Numbered from the stretch's first letter, positions 13,237 to 27,859 are shown. The stretch: 64,000 nucleotides of DNA from Octopus vulgaris (GCA_951406725.2 OX597821.1:117614001-117678000), one strand, 5' to 3'. Notes: generated from the letters alone by a model not told the origin. Made by a program: numbers and translations.

Positions 13237-13537
13237 CTGCAATAAAAATGAAATAAATACAGATGAATTAATCAATGGATTTATGATTTCTAATATTCTA
13301 TCCAAAATCAGAAATTAATAAAAGAGTAAAGTGTTCTTGTAACTTTCTTCAGAGAAGTCCATGAGCAAAGTAAAAAGAACTGAAAGAGGCTTGAGTTCAG
13401 ACAATTCCGTAAACAGATCAGGGAAATATTAATTCGAAATTAGGCAAAGACTAAACAAAAGAATTTGGATAAACTTAGAATAGTTTTGGAGTCATTGTTG
13501 TTGTTGAATCTGAAATCAGTAGTTCCCAGCTAGGGTG

Positions 13538-13924
13538 CATGTGACTCTTTTGAGTCCATACGACTCTTTTGAGTCCATGTAACCCTTTTGAGCCCATGTG
13601 ACCCTTTTGAGTCCATGTAACTCTTTTGAATCCATGTAATCCTTTTGAATCCATGTAACTCTTTTGAGTCCATACGACTCTTTTGAGTCCATGTAACCCT
13701 TTTGAGTCTATGTAACCCTTTTGAGTCGAAGTGACTCTTTTGAGTCTATGTAACTCTTTTGAATCCATGTGACCTTTTTGAGTCCATGTCACTCTTTTGA
13801 GTCCCTGAGTCAATGTGACTCTTTTGAGTCCATGCGACCCTTTTGAGTCCATGTTACTCTTTTTAGTTCATGTAACCCTTTTGAATCCATGTAACCCTTT
13901 TGAGTCCATATGACTCTTTTGAGC
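13538..13924. repeat. ~19-bp minisatellite, about 20 copies
   Basis: Unit CATGT(G/A)AC(T/C)CTTTTGAGTC. Confidence 0.93.
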
Positions 13925-15406
13925 CTATTGTTAAAGTTTATGTACAATAACTTGAAACACAAGCACACACATATATGATGGTTGCAAGTCAACCTTTAGT
14001 TAGTGCCATCACTTGAATTGTTATTTTGAACATGGGGTGGCACAAATGTGGCTTTTTTAGTCCTGTTAGGACTCTCATAGTCTTCAGCACAGAGGGAGCA
14101 ACAATGAGTGCCTCTTGCAGGAAATGTTCAATATTGTTTTGGTAATCCTTCCTATAGCATTTCCTTCCACCTCCTCCTACACATTCTTTGCCAGACTCCC
14201 TGCAAGCTGCCATATAATGCACAGTTAATGACTTTCCTGTTTCTCTCTCGTTTTTTTTTTGATGACTATCAAGTCATCTCTCTGTATCTGTCCATGCTTT
14301 CAACCTCTCATCACCTGGTTCAAAGCCACCCCCTTTAATACTACCCCCCTGTTCCAATTGAAGGGGTTTTGTCTCTTTAGAAAGATATGCCCCCACTCGT
14401 TACATGTTCATTTTGGCTGTGTACCCTAATATACTTGGGCTAATTCACGTCAAGACCCTTACTAACAACTCTCCTCAACTATTCACGCTTGTTAGGGTTT
14501 TATTTGAATTCCTTCCTCCAATTGAGCACTGCTTTCCCTCCATAATAAGTGATCTTGAGTGAGGCCCTTTTGTCTCTGGATGTATGCACATGTGTGTGTG
14601 TGTGTGTTTAGGTTTATCTCTCCCTGCTTCATATACAGTGTTGGTTCATTTATTTACCCCATACCTTGGTGGAAATTTTAAAATAGGCTAATAGAATAAG
14701 TAGCAGATTTCAAAATAAGGATAATCAGCTAATCCAGCATGACTAATCCAGTGACTGGAACAAGTGAAAGAATGAAAGAATAATATATGCCAGGGGCCAA
14801 AGCAAAGTAGAAAGTTTTAATGTTTCTACAAAGTGCACAAGGTCCTCGTGTGAACTCATGTCCTTAATTTTGTATTATTCATGGACATCATCTGCATGAA
14901 AATTAAGTTAGTTGTGTGTGATACACAAGATATATTTGTAACTTGGAATTTCTGAAAGAAAATTTTATATGACTGAGAACATATGAAATAAAGGCTCACT
15001 AAAAGTCTGAAAACAAGCGTCAATGTTTAGGACAAATTTAGGAAAATGCTATGAACAGGCAAAAGGTTAACATATTTAATGGTGTGAGTTAATTAGAAAT
15101 AAGCAAGGCACTTCAAAAAATGATATTAGCTTAATAACCAATTTTTTTTTATCCTTTTGGAAAGAATAGTAGACAGCTCCAAACATGGTTTGGTCTTAGT
15201 TGTAGAATCTTCACCATAATTGCCAAACTACTTGATGTAAATTTGACATTAGACATTGGAGTTTACAGTTTCAACATGGAATTTTTCTCATCCCAAATGC
15301 AGAAACCGACCAATAGCCAAGATGGGCATAAAACATGTAATGAAATCAATGGCTTTAAAACAAATATATTGCCACAAGAGACAAAAGATTATAGAGTGAC
15401 ATTTAC

Positions 15407-15586
15407 CTGCAATCCAATCGACTGCAATACCTCTTACAAAAAGATGTCCACCGTCTGACTGGAGCAAACGCTGAAAACCAGAGCCATTCTGTTGGATTCT
15501 ACAAACCTCTCTATATCCGCCAAATTGTGCGACATAGTAAATATATTTTTCCTCCGCATGGACATCAACGTAGCTTGCATATTGAA
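15407..15586 (-). CDS. LRP2: LRP2-like exon: YWTD repeats
   Basis: Hand translation QYASYVDVHAEEKYIYY...VRGIAVDWIAG; 180 nt, phase 1-1. Confidence 0.9.
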
Positions 15587-17172
15587 CTATAGTTGCAAAA
15601 GACAGAATGATTCATAAATATATATGGCTGTTCTTGAGGAGACCTATTGAGTCAAGTACGTCAACATCAAAATAAAAATCAAATGGAAATTGTAGTTAAG
15701 ACACTCGTGCCAGTGACACATAAAAAGCACTGTCCGAACGTGGCAGATGCCAGCGCCACCTGACTGGCATCCGTGTCAGTGACACGTAAAAGCATCAACC
15801 GATCGTAGTCATTTGCCAGCCCCCCCTGGCCCCTGTGCCGGTAGCACATAAAAAAACACCCACTACACTCACGGAGTGGTTGGCTTTAGGAAGGGCACCC
15901 AGTTGTAGAAACACTGCCAAATCAGACTAGAGCCTGGTGCAGCCTCCATGGCTTACCAGACCCCAGGAAAACGGACGTTAAATAATGATGATGGTGGCAT
16001 GCTACAAGTTATATGATTTAATATAGAATATTCTGGGTGGATTATTTACATGTGGAGGAAATGAAACATTGCAGCTTCTGTGATTTTCCCTCAGAGAGTC
16101 AATGACATGGTTGGAAAGAAAACTGATTCAATCAGTAAGAATTAATCTGTAGGAGTTTACTTTTACAATATTCAATTTTATTGAACTGTCCTTCAATCAC
16201 ACTTTAGCTGGAATTTTCAGATTTTTGCAAATTTGTATTCCACTCATTGGAATTCATATTTGTGTGTATATAAACTATATGTGTATATAACTACTCTGTA
16301 TGTAGTGACTTTATTTGTATCATGGTCACATGGTAGAATTCAAGCGCTTGGGCATAGTAATCTTCAGGGAATTTTGTAGTTCTTGGACAAGCAAAATGCA
16401 AGGTGGGAAGGTAGTGTGTTATGTAATATGGGATGTCATAAATACTTCATCTGTAATCATAAAAAAACATTTAACAAACATTTTATACAATATCTAAATG
16501 AGTTTTACTTTCTTCTATTCATTATTGGGGCAGGATAATTTATGATATGATATTTTTCTGTCAAACATAAAATGCACTGTGTAAGATAAGTCTATTGACA
16601 TTACACAGACTATGTCAATCAATCGTTTTTATCAGATGTGCTTCGAGGAAGATATAGTATCTTTTATGTTATGTTTGAAAAGCTTGTGTTTAAGTAGTCT
16701 GCACTTAATATAATTCCCTGTTGTGCTGATGTAAAACAAATTAGTGATGTTATTTCTTATTTTTTCAGTTGTAATGACCTGATCATGATCTATCTATGCA
16801 GTACTGATTATCTAAGTTACATGAATTAAACTGGAATGATATTATTGATATTATATGTTTATCTTAAACAGAACCACTGTACTTAGTAATGGTAGAAAAT
16901 AGTACTACTTATATTGGAATATACCATGCCTTAAACTGCTTTACATTGATAATGAAAAGAAGAACAGAACTAATCTTGGCTTGTAGGCACAGTATAAAGT
17001 ATTGACTTTTTTTAAAGATAACAGACAAATCACTGGTAATGTCATACATCTGATGACATGCCACTATCTTGTCTTTTGCTTCTTTAACTACCAAAGATCA
17101 TTGAATAAAAAAATGGAAAAAGAAATGGAAAATGGTGAAAGAATTTTAAAGAAACAAAATAAGTTTTACAAC

Positions 17173-17271
17173 CTCCACCAACTGGCACCATAGCATCATA
17201 TTGGTTTTCATTATCAAAAGAAAATCCACGAATTCCATCACGCATTGCTAACACATAAAAAGATGATGGAA
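17173..17271 (-). CDS. LRP2: LRP2-like exon: propeller start
   Basis: Hand translation PSSFYVLAMRDGIRGFSFDNENQYDAMVPVGG; 99 nt (102 nt with the tandem donor, ending at 17170), phase 1-1. Confidence 0.88.
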
Positions 17272-17480
17272 CTGAAAAAAAGATGAAATAATAAACAATC
17301 AGTAAATCAGATTGTGTTTAAATAGTCTGCTCTTAATATAATTCTCTGTTGTGCTGATGTAAAACAAATTATTGATGTTATATTTAATTGGAAAATACCA
17401 TGCCTTAAACTGCACTACATTGATAGTGAAAAGAAGAGCCGAACTAATCTTGGTTTGTAGACACAGTATAAAGTATTGAC

Positions 17481-18132
17481 TTAATATCAGATTTAATTTA
17501 AATCAGATTGTATGTTAATTAATATCAGATTTAATTTAAATCAGATTGTATGTTAATTAATATCAGATTTAATTTAAATCAGATTGTATGTTAATTAATA
17601 TCAGATTTAATTTAAATCAGATTGTGTGTTAATTAATATCAGATTTGATTTAAATCAGATTGTGTGCTAATTAATATCAGATTTAATTTAAATCAGATTG
17701 TGTGTTAATTAATATCAGATTTAATTTAAATCAGATTGTATGTTAATTAATATAAGATTTAATTTAAATCAGATTGTATGTTAATTAATATAAGATTTGA
17801 TTTAAATCAGATTGTGTGCTAATTAATATCAGATTTAATTTAAATCAGATTGTGTGCTAATTAATATCAGATTTAATTTAAATCAGATTGTGTGTTAATT
17901 AATATCAGATTTAATTTAAATCAGATTGTATGTTAATTAATATAAGATTTAATTTAAATCAGATTGTGTGCTAATTAATATCAGATTTAATTTAAATCAG
18001 ATTGTGTGTTAATTAATATCAGATTTAATTTAAATCAGATTGTATGTTAATTAATATCAGATTTAATTTAAATCAGATTGTGTGCTAATTAATATCAGAT
18101 TTAATTTAAATCAGATTGTGTGCTAATTAATA
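17481..18132. repeat. 38-bp minisatellite, about 17 copies
   Basis: Unit TTAATATCAGATTTAATTTAAATCAGATTGT(A/G)TG(T/C)TAA. Confidence 0.95.
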
Positions 18133-18404
18133 TATCCAGCCCCTCACAGGGAACTTCAATTTTTTAATCATTTACCTTTTACTTGTTTCGGTCTTTAGAC
18201 TGTGGCCATGCTGGGGCACAACCTTGAAGAACTTTTAATTGAATGAATCGATTCCAGTATTTATATTTTCTTTTAAGCTTGATACTTATTCTATTGGTCT
18301 CTTTTGCCAGACTGCTAAGTTATGGAAATGTAAACACACCAACATCAGTAGTCAAGTGGTTGTGGTGGGCAAACACAGCCACAAAGACACACAGATGTGT
18401 GTGC

Positions 18405-18454
<50 letters not shown>

Positions 18455-19201
18455 ATGAGCAACAGTAGGAGGTGCAGGTGTCAATCCATTACGGCCGTTT
18501 CTGACAACTCCTTTAATTGATTAATGAAAACATGACATCATTGTAAAGAAACCGTTTTCATCAGATGAATTAACGAACCCCAAAATACAGGACATCTGAA
18601 ATGATTTGACATAGTTTAGGGACGTCCTTCAGAAAAAGGTCCATGCTGACCCCTTCCATCCCGTTAAAGTTAAGTAATGATGTGTCATATGATTAATGTT
18701 GACGAACTAAAATATAATTAAAATTCAGTTGAATTAGGTACTTAAATTGAGGCACCTCGTTAGGTCAGAATAATATACACTCACAATAATATTATGTAAA
18801 TATCAATGTGTGTGCGTGTGTGTATGTGGTGGGTTATACATATATGCATACATACATACCTATATATATATACTTTTCTATATATACATATATACGCATA
18901 TATATACTTTGTATGGTATGTTTGCATCTGTGATTTCATTTTTGATCTTCTATAGAAATTATGATATTTCCTTCATTTTGCTGCATTTCTTTCTATGAAA
19001 TCAGAAGATACATTGAGGAACTGTTATTCTAATGACTTGTATTTATTTATCACCCAGTGAGATACATCTGCACTGCCAGATGCTTCTGAACCAGTTAAGT
19101 AACCCACCCATGAGGGATCGATGCTGGATGTGTCAAAACAATGGTCGTGATTAATAACAAAAATTCTCATATATTCCATCTTGTCATTCATTTACCATAT
19201 A

Positions 19202-19256
<55 letters not shown>

Positions 19257-19277
19257 ATGTGTGTGTGTGTGTATGTG

Positions 19278-19299
<22 letters not shown>

Positions 19300-19320
<21 letters not shown>

Positions 19321-20387
19321 TATGTATATATATATGGTGAGTTTCTTTCATTTCCTGACTACCAAATCCACTCATAAGGCTATAGTAGAAGACTCTTGGC
19401 CGAGGTGCCTCACAGTGGGATTGAACTGAGAACAATGTAGTTGGAAAGCAACCATCTGAACACACATCCACACCTGTGCCTTGTTACCACTCAGCTACAC
19501 CATGTAATGACTCAAAAGGGGACATCAAGTGGAATAGTCTGTTGTTTCTTGCTTCAGACTCATGAGAGAATCTGAGTTGATCACTCCCTGCTTGCTAAAG
19601 CTTCTTTAATCCTCCAAAATGCAAGCAGTGAGCTATATCTCACCGAGATACCTCTTTGATACGATGTGGAATAGTTCTGGGCAGTATCTTTCTAACAGCA
19701 ACTTTACGAAAGGCCGTATATGCAGTGTTTTCAATGAATGATAATTTAGGGGACGTTTTAGTTGCCCAGGATAAGCATGAATGAGAGGGAGGGAGAGAGA
19801 AAGAGAGAGACAATCAGACAAAGAGAAGCAACGAGAGAGAGAGAGAGAGAGAGAGAGATGGGGAGGCGTGCAACAGACAATCAGATGTCTTTTGGGAGAC
19901 ATACTTGAGATATGATTAAATAAGGATTTCTTGCATATATACACACATATACACATACACATATATCTTCAAAATAATGAACATTCTCTTCCCAATTCAA
20001 TCTTCTAGTTCAACTAACTCACATAAATAAAAAGGAATAAATTTTCTGTAAAAATATCAATTCTGATGAATCTTTGAAATAAGATGAAAGTGCTAAATAA
20101 ATGATTATCAAAACTTTTATTTCCTGTTTCTAACACACACACAACTAGTTTTAAATCTCTGAATCAGATCTCTGTAATAACAGTATAGTAAAGATTCTTT
20201 GCCAACATAACATGGCAGTCTTTCATAAGACTATGTTACGACTTTTTAACCCCAGGAAAATATCTTTTTTCAGCTGGTTGTTGACATATGATCTGTGTTC
20301 AAGACATGCTGTAAGTATATATATAAAAGCACCATATACATATACACATAAATACATACATATACGTACATACATACATTCATACAT

Positions 20388-20421
<34 letters not shown>

Positions 20422-20455
20422 TTACACACACACATATATATATACATATATATAC

Positions 20456-20486
<31 letters not shown>

Positions 20487-20647
20487 AACGTGGAAATATA
20501 TATACATAAATATTTCCTCACGTTACTTTCTGCTGAAGAGCGTAGGCTCAAAATGTAAAAGAACTTCTCACTTTCCTGAACATCAAACTAATACACCTGC
20601 CACTTTATACATCTCTCTTCATCTTTTGTTTTTCTGTAAATTTCAAC

Positions 20648-20698
<51 letters not shown>

Positions 20699-20701
20699 TA
20701 C

Positions 20702-20734
<33 letters not shown>

Positions 20735-21831
20735 ATATATATATGTATATATATATGGTGAGTTTCTTTCATTTCCTGACTACCAAATCCACTCATAAGG
20801 CTTTGGTTGGCCTGAGGCTATAGTAGAAGACTCTTGGCCGAGGTGCCTCACAGTGGGATTGAACTGAGAACAATGTAGTTGGAAAGCAACCATCTGAACA
20901 CACATCCACACCTGTGCCTTGTTACCACTCAGCTACACCATGTAATGACTCAAAAGGGGACATCAAGTGGAATAGTCTGTTGTTTCTTGCTTCAGACTCA
21001 TGAGAGAATCTGAGTTGATCACTCCCTGCTTGCTAAAGCTTCTTTAATCCTCCAAAATGCAAGCAGTGAGCTATATCTCACCGAGATACCTCTTTGATAC
21101 GATGTGGAATAGTTCTGGGCAGTATCTTTCTAACAGCAACTTTACGAAAGGCCGTATATGCAGTGTTTTCAATGAATGATAATTTAGGGGACGTTTTAGT
21201 TGCCCAGGATAAGCATGAATGAGAGGGAGGGAGAGAGAAAGAGAGAGACAATCAGACAAAGAGAAGCAACGAAAGAGAGAGAGAGAGAGAGAGAGAGAGA
21301 TGGGGAGGCGTGCAACAGACAATCAGATGTCTTTTGGGAGACATACTTGAGATATGATTAAATAAAGATTTCTTGCATATATACACACATATACACATAC
21401 ACATATATCTTCAAAATAATGAACATTCTCTTCCCAATTCAATCTTCTAGTTCAACTAACTCACATAAATAAAAAGGAATAAATTTTCTGTAAAAATATC
21501 AATTCTGATGAATCTTTGAAATAAGATGAAAGTGCTAAATAAATGATTATCAAAACTTTTATTTCCTGTTTCTAACACACACACAACTAGTTTTAAATCT
21601 CTCAATCAGATCTCTGTAATAACAGTATAGTAAAGATTCTTTGCCAACATAACATGGCAGTCTTTCATAAGACTATGTTACGACTTTTTAACCCCAGGAA
21701 AATATCTTTTTTCAGCTGGTTGTTGACATATGATCTGTGTTCAAGACATGCTGTAAGTATATATATGTAAAAGCACCATATACATATACACATAAATACA
21801 TACATATACGTACATACATACATTCATACAT

Positions 21832-21869
<38 letters not shown>

Positions 21870-21901
21870 ACACACACATATATATATATACATATATATA
21901 C

Positions 21902-21932
<31 letters not shown>

Positions 21933-22097
21933 AACGTGGAAATATATATACATAAATATTTCCTCACGTTACTTTCTGCTGAAGAGCGTAGGCTCAAAAC
22001 GTAAAAGAACTTCTCACCTTCCTGAACATCAAACTAATAATATACCTGCCACTTTATACATCTCTCTTCATCTTTTGTTTTTCTGTAAATTTCAACT
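19300..22097. repeat. ~1.44-kb near-identical tandem duplication
   Basis: 19300-20650 is repeated at about 20720-22097; junctions lie in (TA)n; a 17-bp indel falls in the embedded SINE. Confidence 0.95.
20526..20561 (+). ncRNA. Decayed minimal hammerhead-like motif (second copy at 21972-22007)
   Basis: CTTT-CTGCTGA-A-GAGC-GTAG-GCTC-AAAA-(C/T)GTA-AAAG. Confidence 0.45.
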
Positions 22098-22239
22098 ATA
22101 TATGTATATATATATAGATAGATAGATAGATATATATATAGATAGATATACATACATATATACATAAATAAATATATATATATATAGATAGATATACATA
22201 CATATATACATAAATAAATATATATATATATAGATAGAT

Positions 22240-22300
<61 letters not shown>

Positions 22301-22762
22301 AACACACATATAATCATGTGTGTGTATGTATGTGTATATATATATATATATATATGTATACACACACAAGCACACATATATAAGCATGTGTGTGTGTGTG
22401 TGTGTGTGTGTGAGTGTGTGCATGTTTGCATTTGTTCTCACCCACTGCTTGACAACTGGTGCTGGTGCTGGTTTGTTTATGTCCCCATAACTTAACGGTT
22501 CAGCAAAAGAGACTGATGCAATAAGTACTGGCCTTAAAACTAAATACTCAGGTCAATAAGTTCGTGTAGCCTCTTCATGGTAATGCCCCAGCATGGCCAC
22601 AGCGCAATGACCGAAACAAATAAAAGGAATTTAAAGAAACAGTTTGAAACTGAATGGAATGCATTGATGGTATGGGGTGGGGTGGGGGTAACGTGGGGTT
22701 GGGATTACGTGGCGGGGTGGGTGGAGTGAAAATAAAAGAAATTACGGTTGTTTCTTGCTTAC

Positions 22763-22891
22763 TTGTACATTGATTGTTTGAATCCAGCTTGAAGCCTATT
22801 GCACAGTCACATTTATGGGTATTAGTTCCTGTTGGCAGACATAGCTGTTTGCAGTTGCCATAGTTACTGCCTGCACAGTTTGTTGTTTGAG
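22763..22891 (-). CDS. LRP2: LRP2-like exon: EGF repeat
   Basis: Hand translation QTTNCAGSNYGNCKQLCLPTGTNTHKCDCAIGFKLDSNNQCT; 129 nt, phase 1-1. Confidence 0.92.
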
Positions 22892-22900
22892 CTGCAAAAA

Positions 22901-22945
<45 letters not shown>

Positions 22946-23727
22946 AGAATTTAAAGAATATCAGTTGTTACAGTTTGCTATGATTTGGTTAAAGGAAATT
23001 TTGCTGTAAGAAAATTCACCTGAAGAAATTTCATTTTAAAAGACCTCATCACATTTCTTTCATGATTGATGTTGACTAAAGACTTGCTTATTTAATGCTT
23101 TTATAAAAACTTTTTATCATTTGTTTTACTTTTTATTTAAAAAAATGCTGATGTAACACACTTTTCTTTTGTCTTGCAAGTACTTGGTGACCCTGTCAGT
23201 GCAGGTGCCACTTAAAAGCACCCAGTAAACTGGTTGGTGTTAGGAAGGACATCCAGCTGTAAAAACCTTCCCAAAACTGACCTCGCCTGTGCTTGTGCCA
23301 CGTAAAAAGCACTAAGTCCACTCTGCTGACTGATTGGTGTTAGGAAGGGCACCCAGCTGTAAAAATCCTGCCAAAACAGTCACAGAATTCTGGTGCAGGT
23401 TCCTACCTGGTTGTCTCTTGTGAAACTGTCCCACCTATCTTAGCATGGAAGGTGGGTGTTAAACAAAGATGGTGATGATGATGATGAGATCATTGTCCAT
23501 AAGGTGAATTTGTCTTTCAGTGAATTTTCTTATATGACCAAATATCTTTGGCAGAATTTTCTGGAGAGTTATGAATTATGGATTATAACTTAGAATAAAT
23601 GAATGAATAATTTATGTTTGAAGAAAATAATAGCTGTGAGAAAGAAAGGGAAAATGGAGTTGAATGTAAAATAAAAATTCACAACTTTGATTATCGTTGT
23701 CATTGCTGTGAATGTTTCACCATAAAC

Positions 23728-24114
23728 CAGTGGCTGTCAAATGGGGTTCATATAAGATTGTTGGGGGTTAGTGCAAGCAAAATAGTAAATGGGAGACGCA
23801 CGGTAGTATTTTAAGGGTCCAAAAAAGAAAAAAGCTCTGACTTTAGATGTATTTATTGCAAGAAACAGCCAGGTTTCTTTCTCTCAAGATTTACCTGGTT
23901 CAACAGGTTTCTGACCACGGAAACATGTTCTCTTGGAGAGAGTTCTGTTGTAAACCTAGACAAGTGAATGGGTGAAGAACAAAACAGGAATTTGGAAAGA
24001 AGTCTCTATAAAACTAATTTTTAAACATTAAATGGCTATGAAGGTCCTCCAGAGTAAAATGGTAATCAAAGGGGTCCATACTAAAAAAAACAAAAAAACG
24101 GTTGAGAACCCCTG
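23728..24114. mobile_element. hAT-type MITE
   Basis: CAGTGGCTGTCAAA ... GTTGAGAACCCCTG termini; imperfect 8-bp TSD. Confidence 0.65.
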
Positions 24115-24627
24115 CCCTAAGCTAACACTGATCGAATAGACAGAGTTATAAGTAAGGGTGTTCCAGTTGGGGCCATAACCTCATCATCCCATGTCTGTTT
24201 TTCTGTAGACCAGTATAGTGTGATTTGAGGGAGGTTATGCTTCTATTTCTAGCAGGTGAAGTGACTAATTAGTGAACCTCATTTATTTTTTCAAATTGTC
24301 AATAATTATCCCAGCTTTACTAGTTAGAGCATCAGGCTCCCAATCATGAGGTAGTGAGTTCGATTCCCAGACTGGGCTGTGTGTTGTGTTCTTGAGCAAG
24401 GCTCTTTATTTCAGTTCCCTCAGCTGTAGAAATGAGTTGTGATGTCACTGGTGCCAAGCTGTATAGGCCCCTTTGCCTTTCCCTTTGATAACATCGGTGG
24501 CATGGTATTAATTTTTTGTTTTTCATCCTCTGAGGTTGACTTTGCAAAGAAGAAACACTGGGGCTGATGTAATCGACTCTCATCCCCCACGACCCAAAAT
24601 GGCTGACCTTGAGCCAAAATTTGAAAC

Positions 24628-25515
<888 letters not shown>

Positions 25516-26346
25516 TATGTTTGACATTTGCTTTACATTTGTACAAGTTGGTTCCAAGTCTCATCCAGAGACCTCAAGAGACAACAAGCTGGAAGTTCAT
25601 GTTGGTGTTATGGTTAGGGTGCCATATATTTGGTTTTGTACATAATGTTGTTCTAGAGAATGTTTAAGAAACCATAAGAAAATTGTGTGTTTCAATAGAT
25701 AAGACTACTGGAAAAGAAAAAAACCCTAACATTGGGTTACAACAAATAGCCTTAGATGCCAAGAACCCTCCTATTGGGCAACAAGTAACCTTAGATTCAA
25801 AGAACCCTACTAAGTACCCCAGCTGTCCCTAGTAACCCTTTTTTTGTGGAGCTGTACTGAACTGGGGTTTATGCCTTTATACTCTAGCCATCTCTTCAGA
25901 TCTTTAGGGATAGTTCCCAGTGCCCCTATAACTACTGGGATACATTTTACTCACACTTTCCATAGTATCTGCAATTCAATAGCTACATCCTGGTACTTTG
26001 TTATTTTTTCTATACTTCTCATATTAATGTTTTCATTATTATTGAGTGAGAGAGCAGCACATGCCATCAATAACACTGGGGTACATATATACGAAGCCTA
26101 ATATACCCACCATGATTAACCCGTCTGATAAGGGTACACCAGGCACATGCATCACAACCATATGTGCATGACATGGTGATCTCATCAAGATTAACAGCAC
26201 ATGACCTTGCAGGTGGAGCCCAGCTAGAATTTTCTTCAGGTCGAGTATCCCATCCCAATCAAGAGGTCAAAAGGTCAAGTGATCCCATGTTTCTAGAGGT
26301 GAATTATTCAAATCCCAAAGAATTCCTCTCAACACGTGGCTATGAT

Positions 26347-26630
26347 CAGTGGTGGACTGGGTCTAAAAATATTTGTTGCCAGGAGACTAAGGGGGCCCAC
26401 CCACAACTAGAATGCTATCATTTTAATTTTTTATTTTTTTGTTAAACATATTCTTTTCAACAAACACAGCCAGGTTGAAATAATGCATTCTTCCAGGAGT
26501 GAATAAAAGATTCTCAAGCTTGAGGAGATGGGCCCCTTAGATACTAACATCCCCACCCCCATATGGATTCTAATGGCGCAGCGGCCCACTTGCCATCGAG
26601 CAACCTGGCAACCTGGCCACTCCGCCACTG
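26347..26630. mobile_element. hAT-type MITE nested in an older element
   Basis: TIRs CAGTGGTGGACTGG / CCACTCCGCCACTG; TSD GCTATGAT/GCTATGCT. Confidence 0.8.
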
Positions 26631-27859
26631 GCTATGCTGCTACCTCACAACTTCTGCTCATGATTAGAGATGCACATATCGTCAGCCACCAAAAGACATG
26701 CTCAGCTGGTTAAGGTCAAACAACAAACAAGCAGATCTGTGGTACTGAGTAGAATATTTGCTGTTGCCCATCTTTTATACCCACAAGGGGCTAAACACAG
26801 AGGGGACAAACAAGGACAGACATAGGTATTAAGTCGATTACATCGACCCCAGTGCATAACTGGTACTTAATTTATTGACCCCGAAAGGATGAAAGGCAAA
26901 GTCGACCTTGGTGGAATTCGAACTCAGAACGTAACGCAGACGAAATACCGCTAAGCATTTCACCCAGCGTGCTAACGTTTCTGCCAGCTCGCTCATCTTT
27001 TATACCAAAACAAAACAATGTACATGATAACACTTCCAATCAGTTAAGATCAGAAGCCATGAGAGCCACTGTCTGGTACTGCATCAGGGCATTATTAATA
27101 TTGATATTATTATTATTATTAAGGCTCTGAGTTTGGTAGAATTGTTAAGCATGTTGAGCAAAATTCTAAACATTATTTCTTCCATCTTTATGTTCTGAGC
27201 TCAAATTCCTCCAAGGTTGACTTTGCCTTTCATTCTTTCAGGGTTGACAAAATAAGCATCGTTTGAGCACAGGGGTTGATGTAATTGAATAGTTCTTTCC
27301 AAGGCCTTGCAGTAACCATTAGTAATTCTAGTTATCCTTTCTTTCCCAAAACATTGGCTTTCTGGAATGCCCTCCCAGCTTATATTTTTTCCGATAGGGG
27401 TTGACTAACAGAAGTCTAAGAGAAAAATGAATGGCATTAATATCACTGGTCTTGGAGGATCTCCAGAGGTGATGGGCACTGCCTCTTCTAGATTCAATAA
27501 ATAATACATATATGTGTGTGGGACATGTCTTTATAGTTGGTTATTTCACTTTGCAACCATGTTCTTTCCCCGAAATCTCAGGCCTATAGTAGAAAGAACC
27601 CACTACACTCTCGGAGTGGTTGGCGTTAGGAAGGGCATCCAGCTGTAGAAACTCTGCTAGATGAAGATTGGAGCCTGGTGCAGCCATCTGGTTCGCCAGC
27701 CCTCAGCCAAAATCGTCCAACTCATGCTAGCATGGAAAGCGGACATTAAACGATGATGATGATGATGATGATTATTACCATCTTCTTAAATGAAAAGATG
27801 AAGAATGAAAAGGGAAAAAAGCAAAATGAATCTAAAAATGAAGGGACTTCTCCACTTAC

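Noticed and set aside
16926-17411. ATGCCTTAAACT, matching the 5' end of U12 snRNA, present twice
   Set aside because: Only 12 nt match; the branch-point pairing region and Sm site do not follow.
19101-19152. Possible highly decayed hammerhead (CAC-CCATGAG...AAAAC-AATG-GTC-GTG)
   Set aside because: Both core boxes are mutated; too degenerate to call without a family consensus.
22670-22725. G-quadruplex-like G-run cluster (also 319-345)
   Set aside because: Simple G-rich low-complexity sequence on the template strand, with no further evidence of function.
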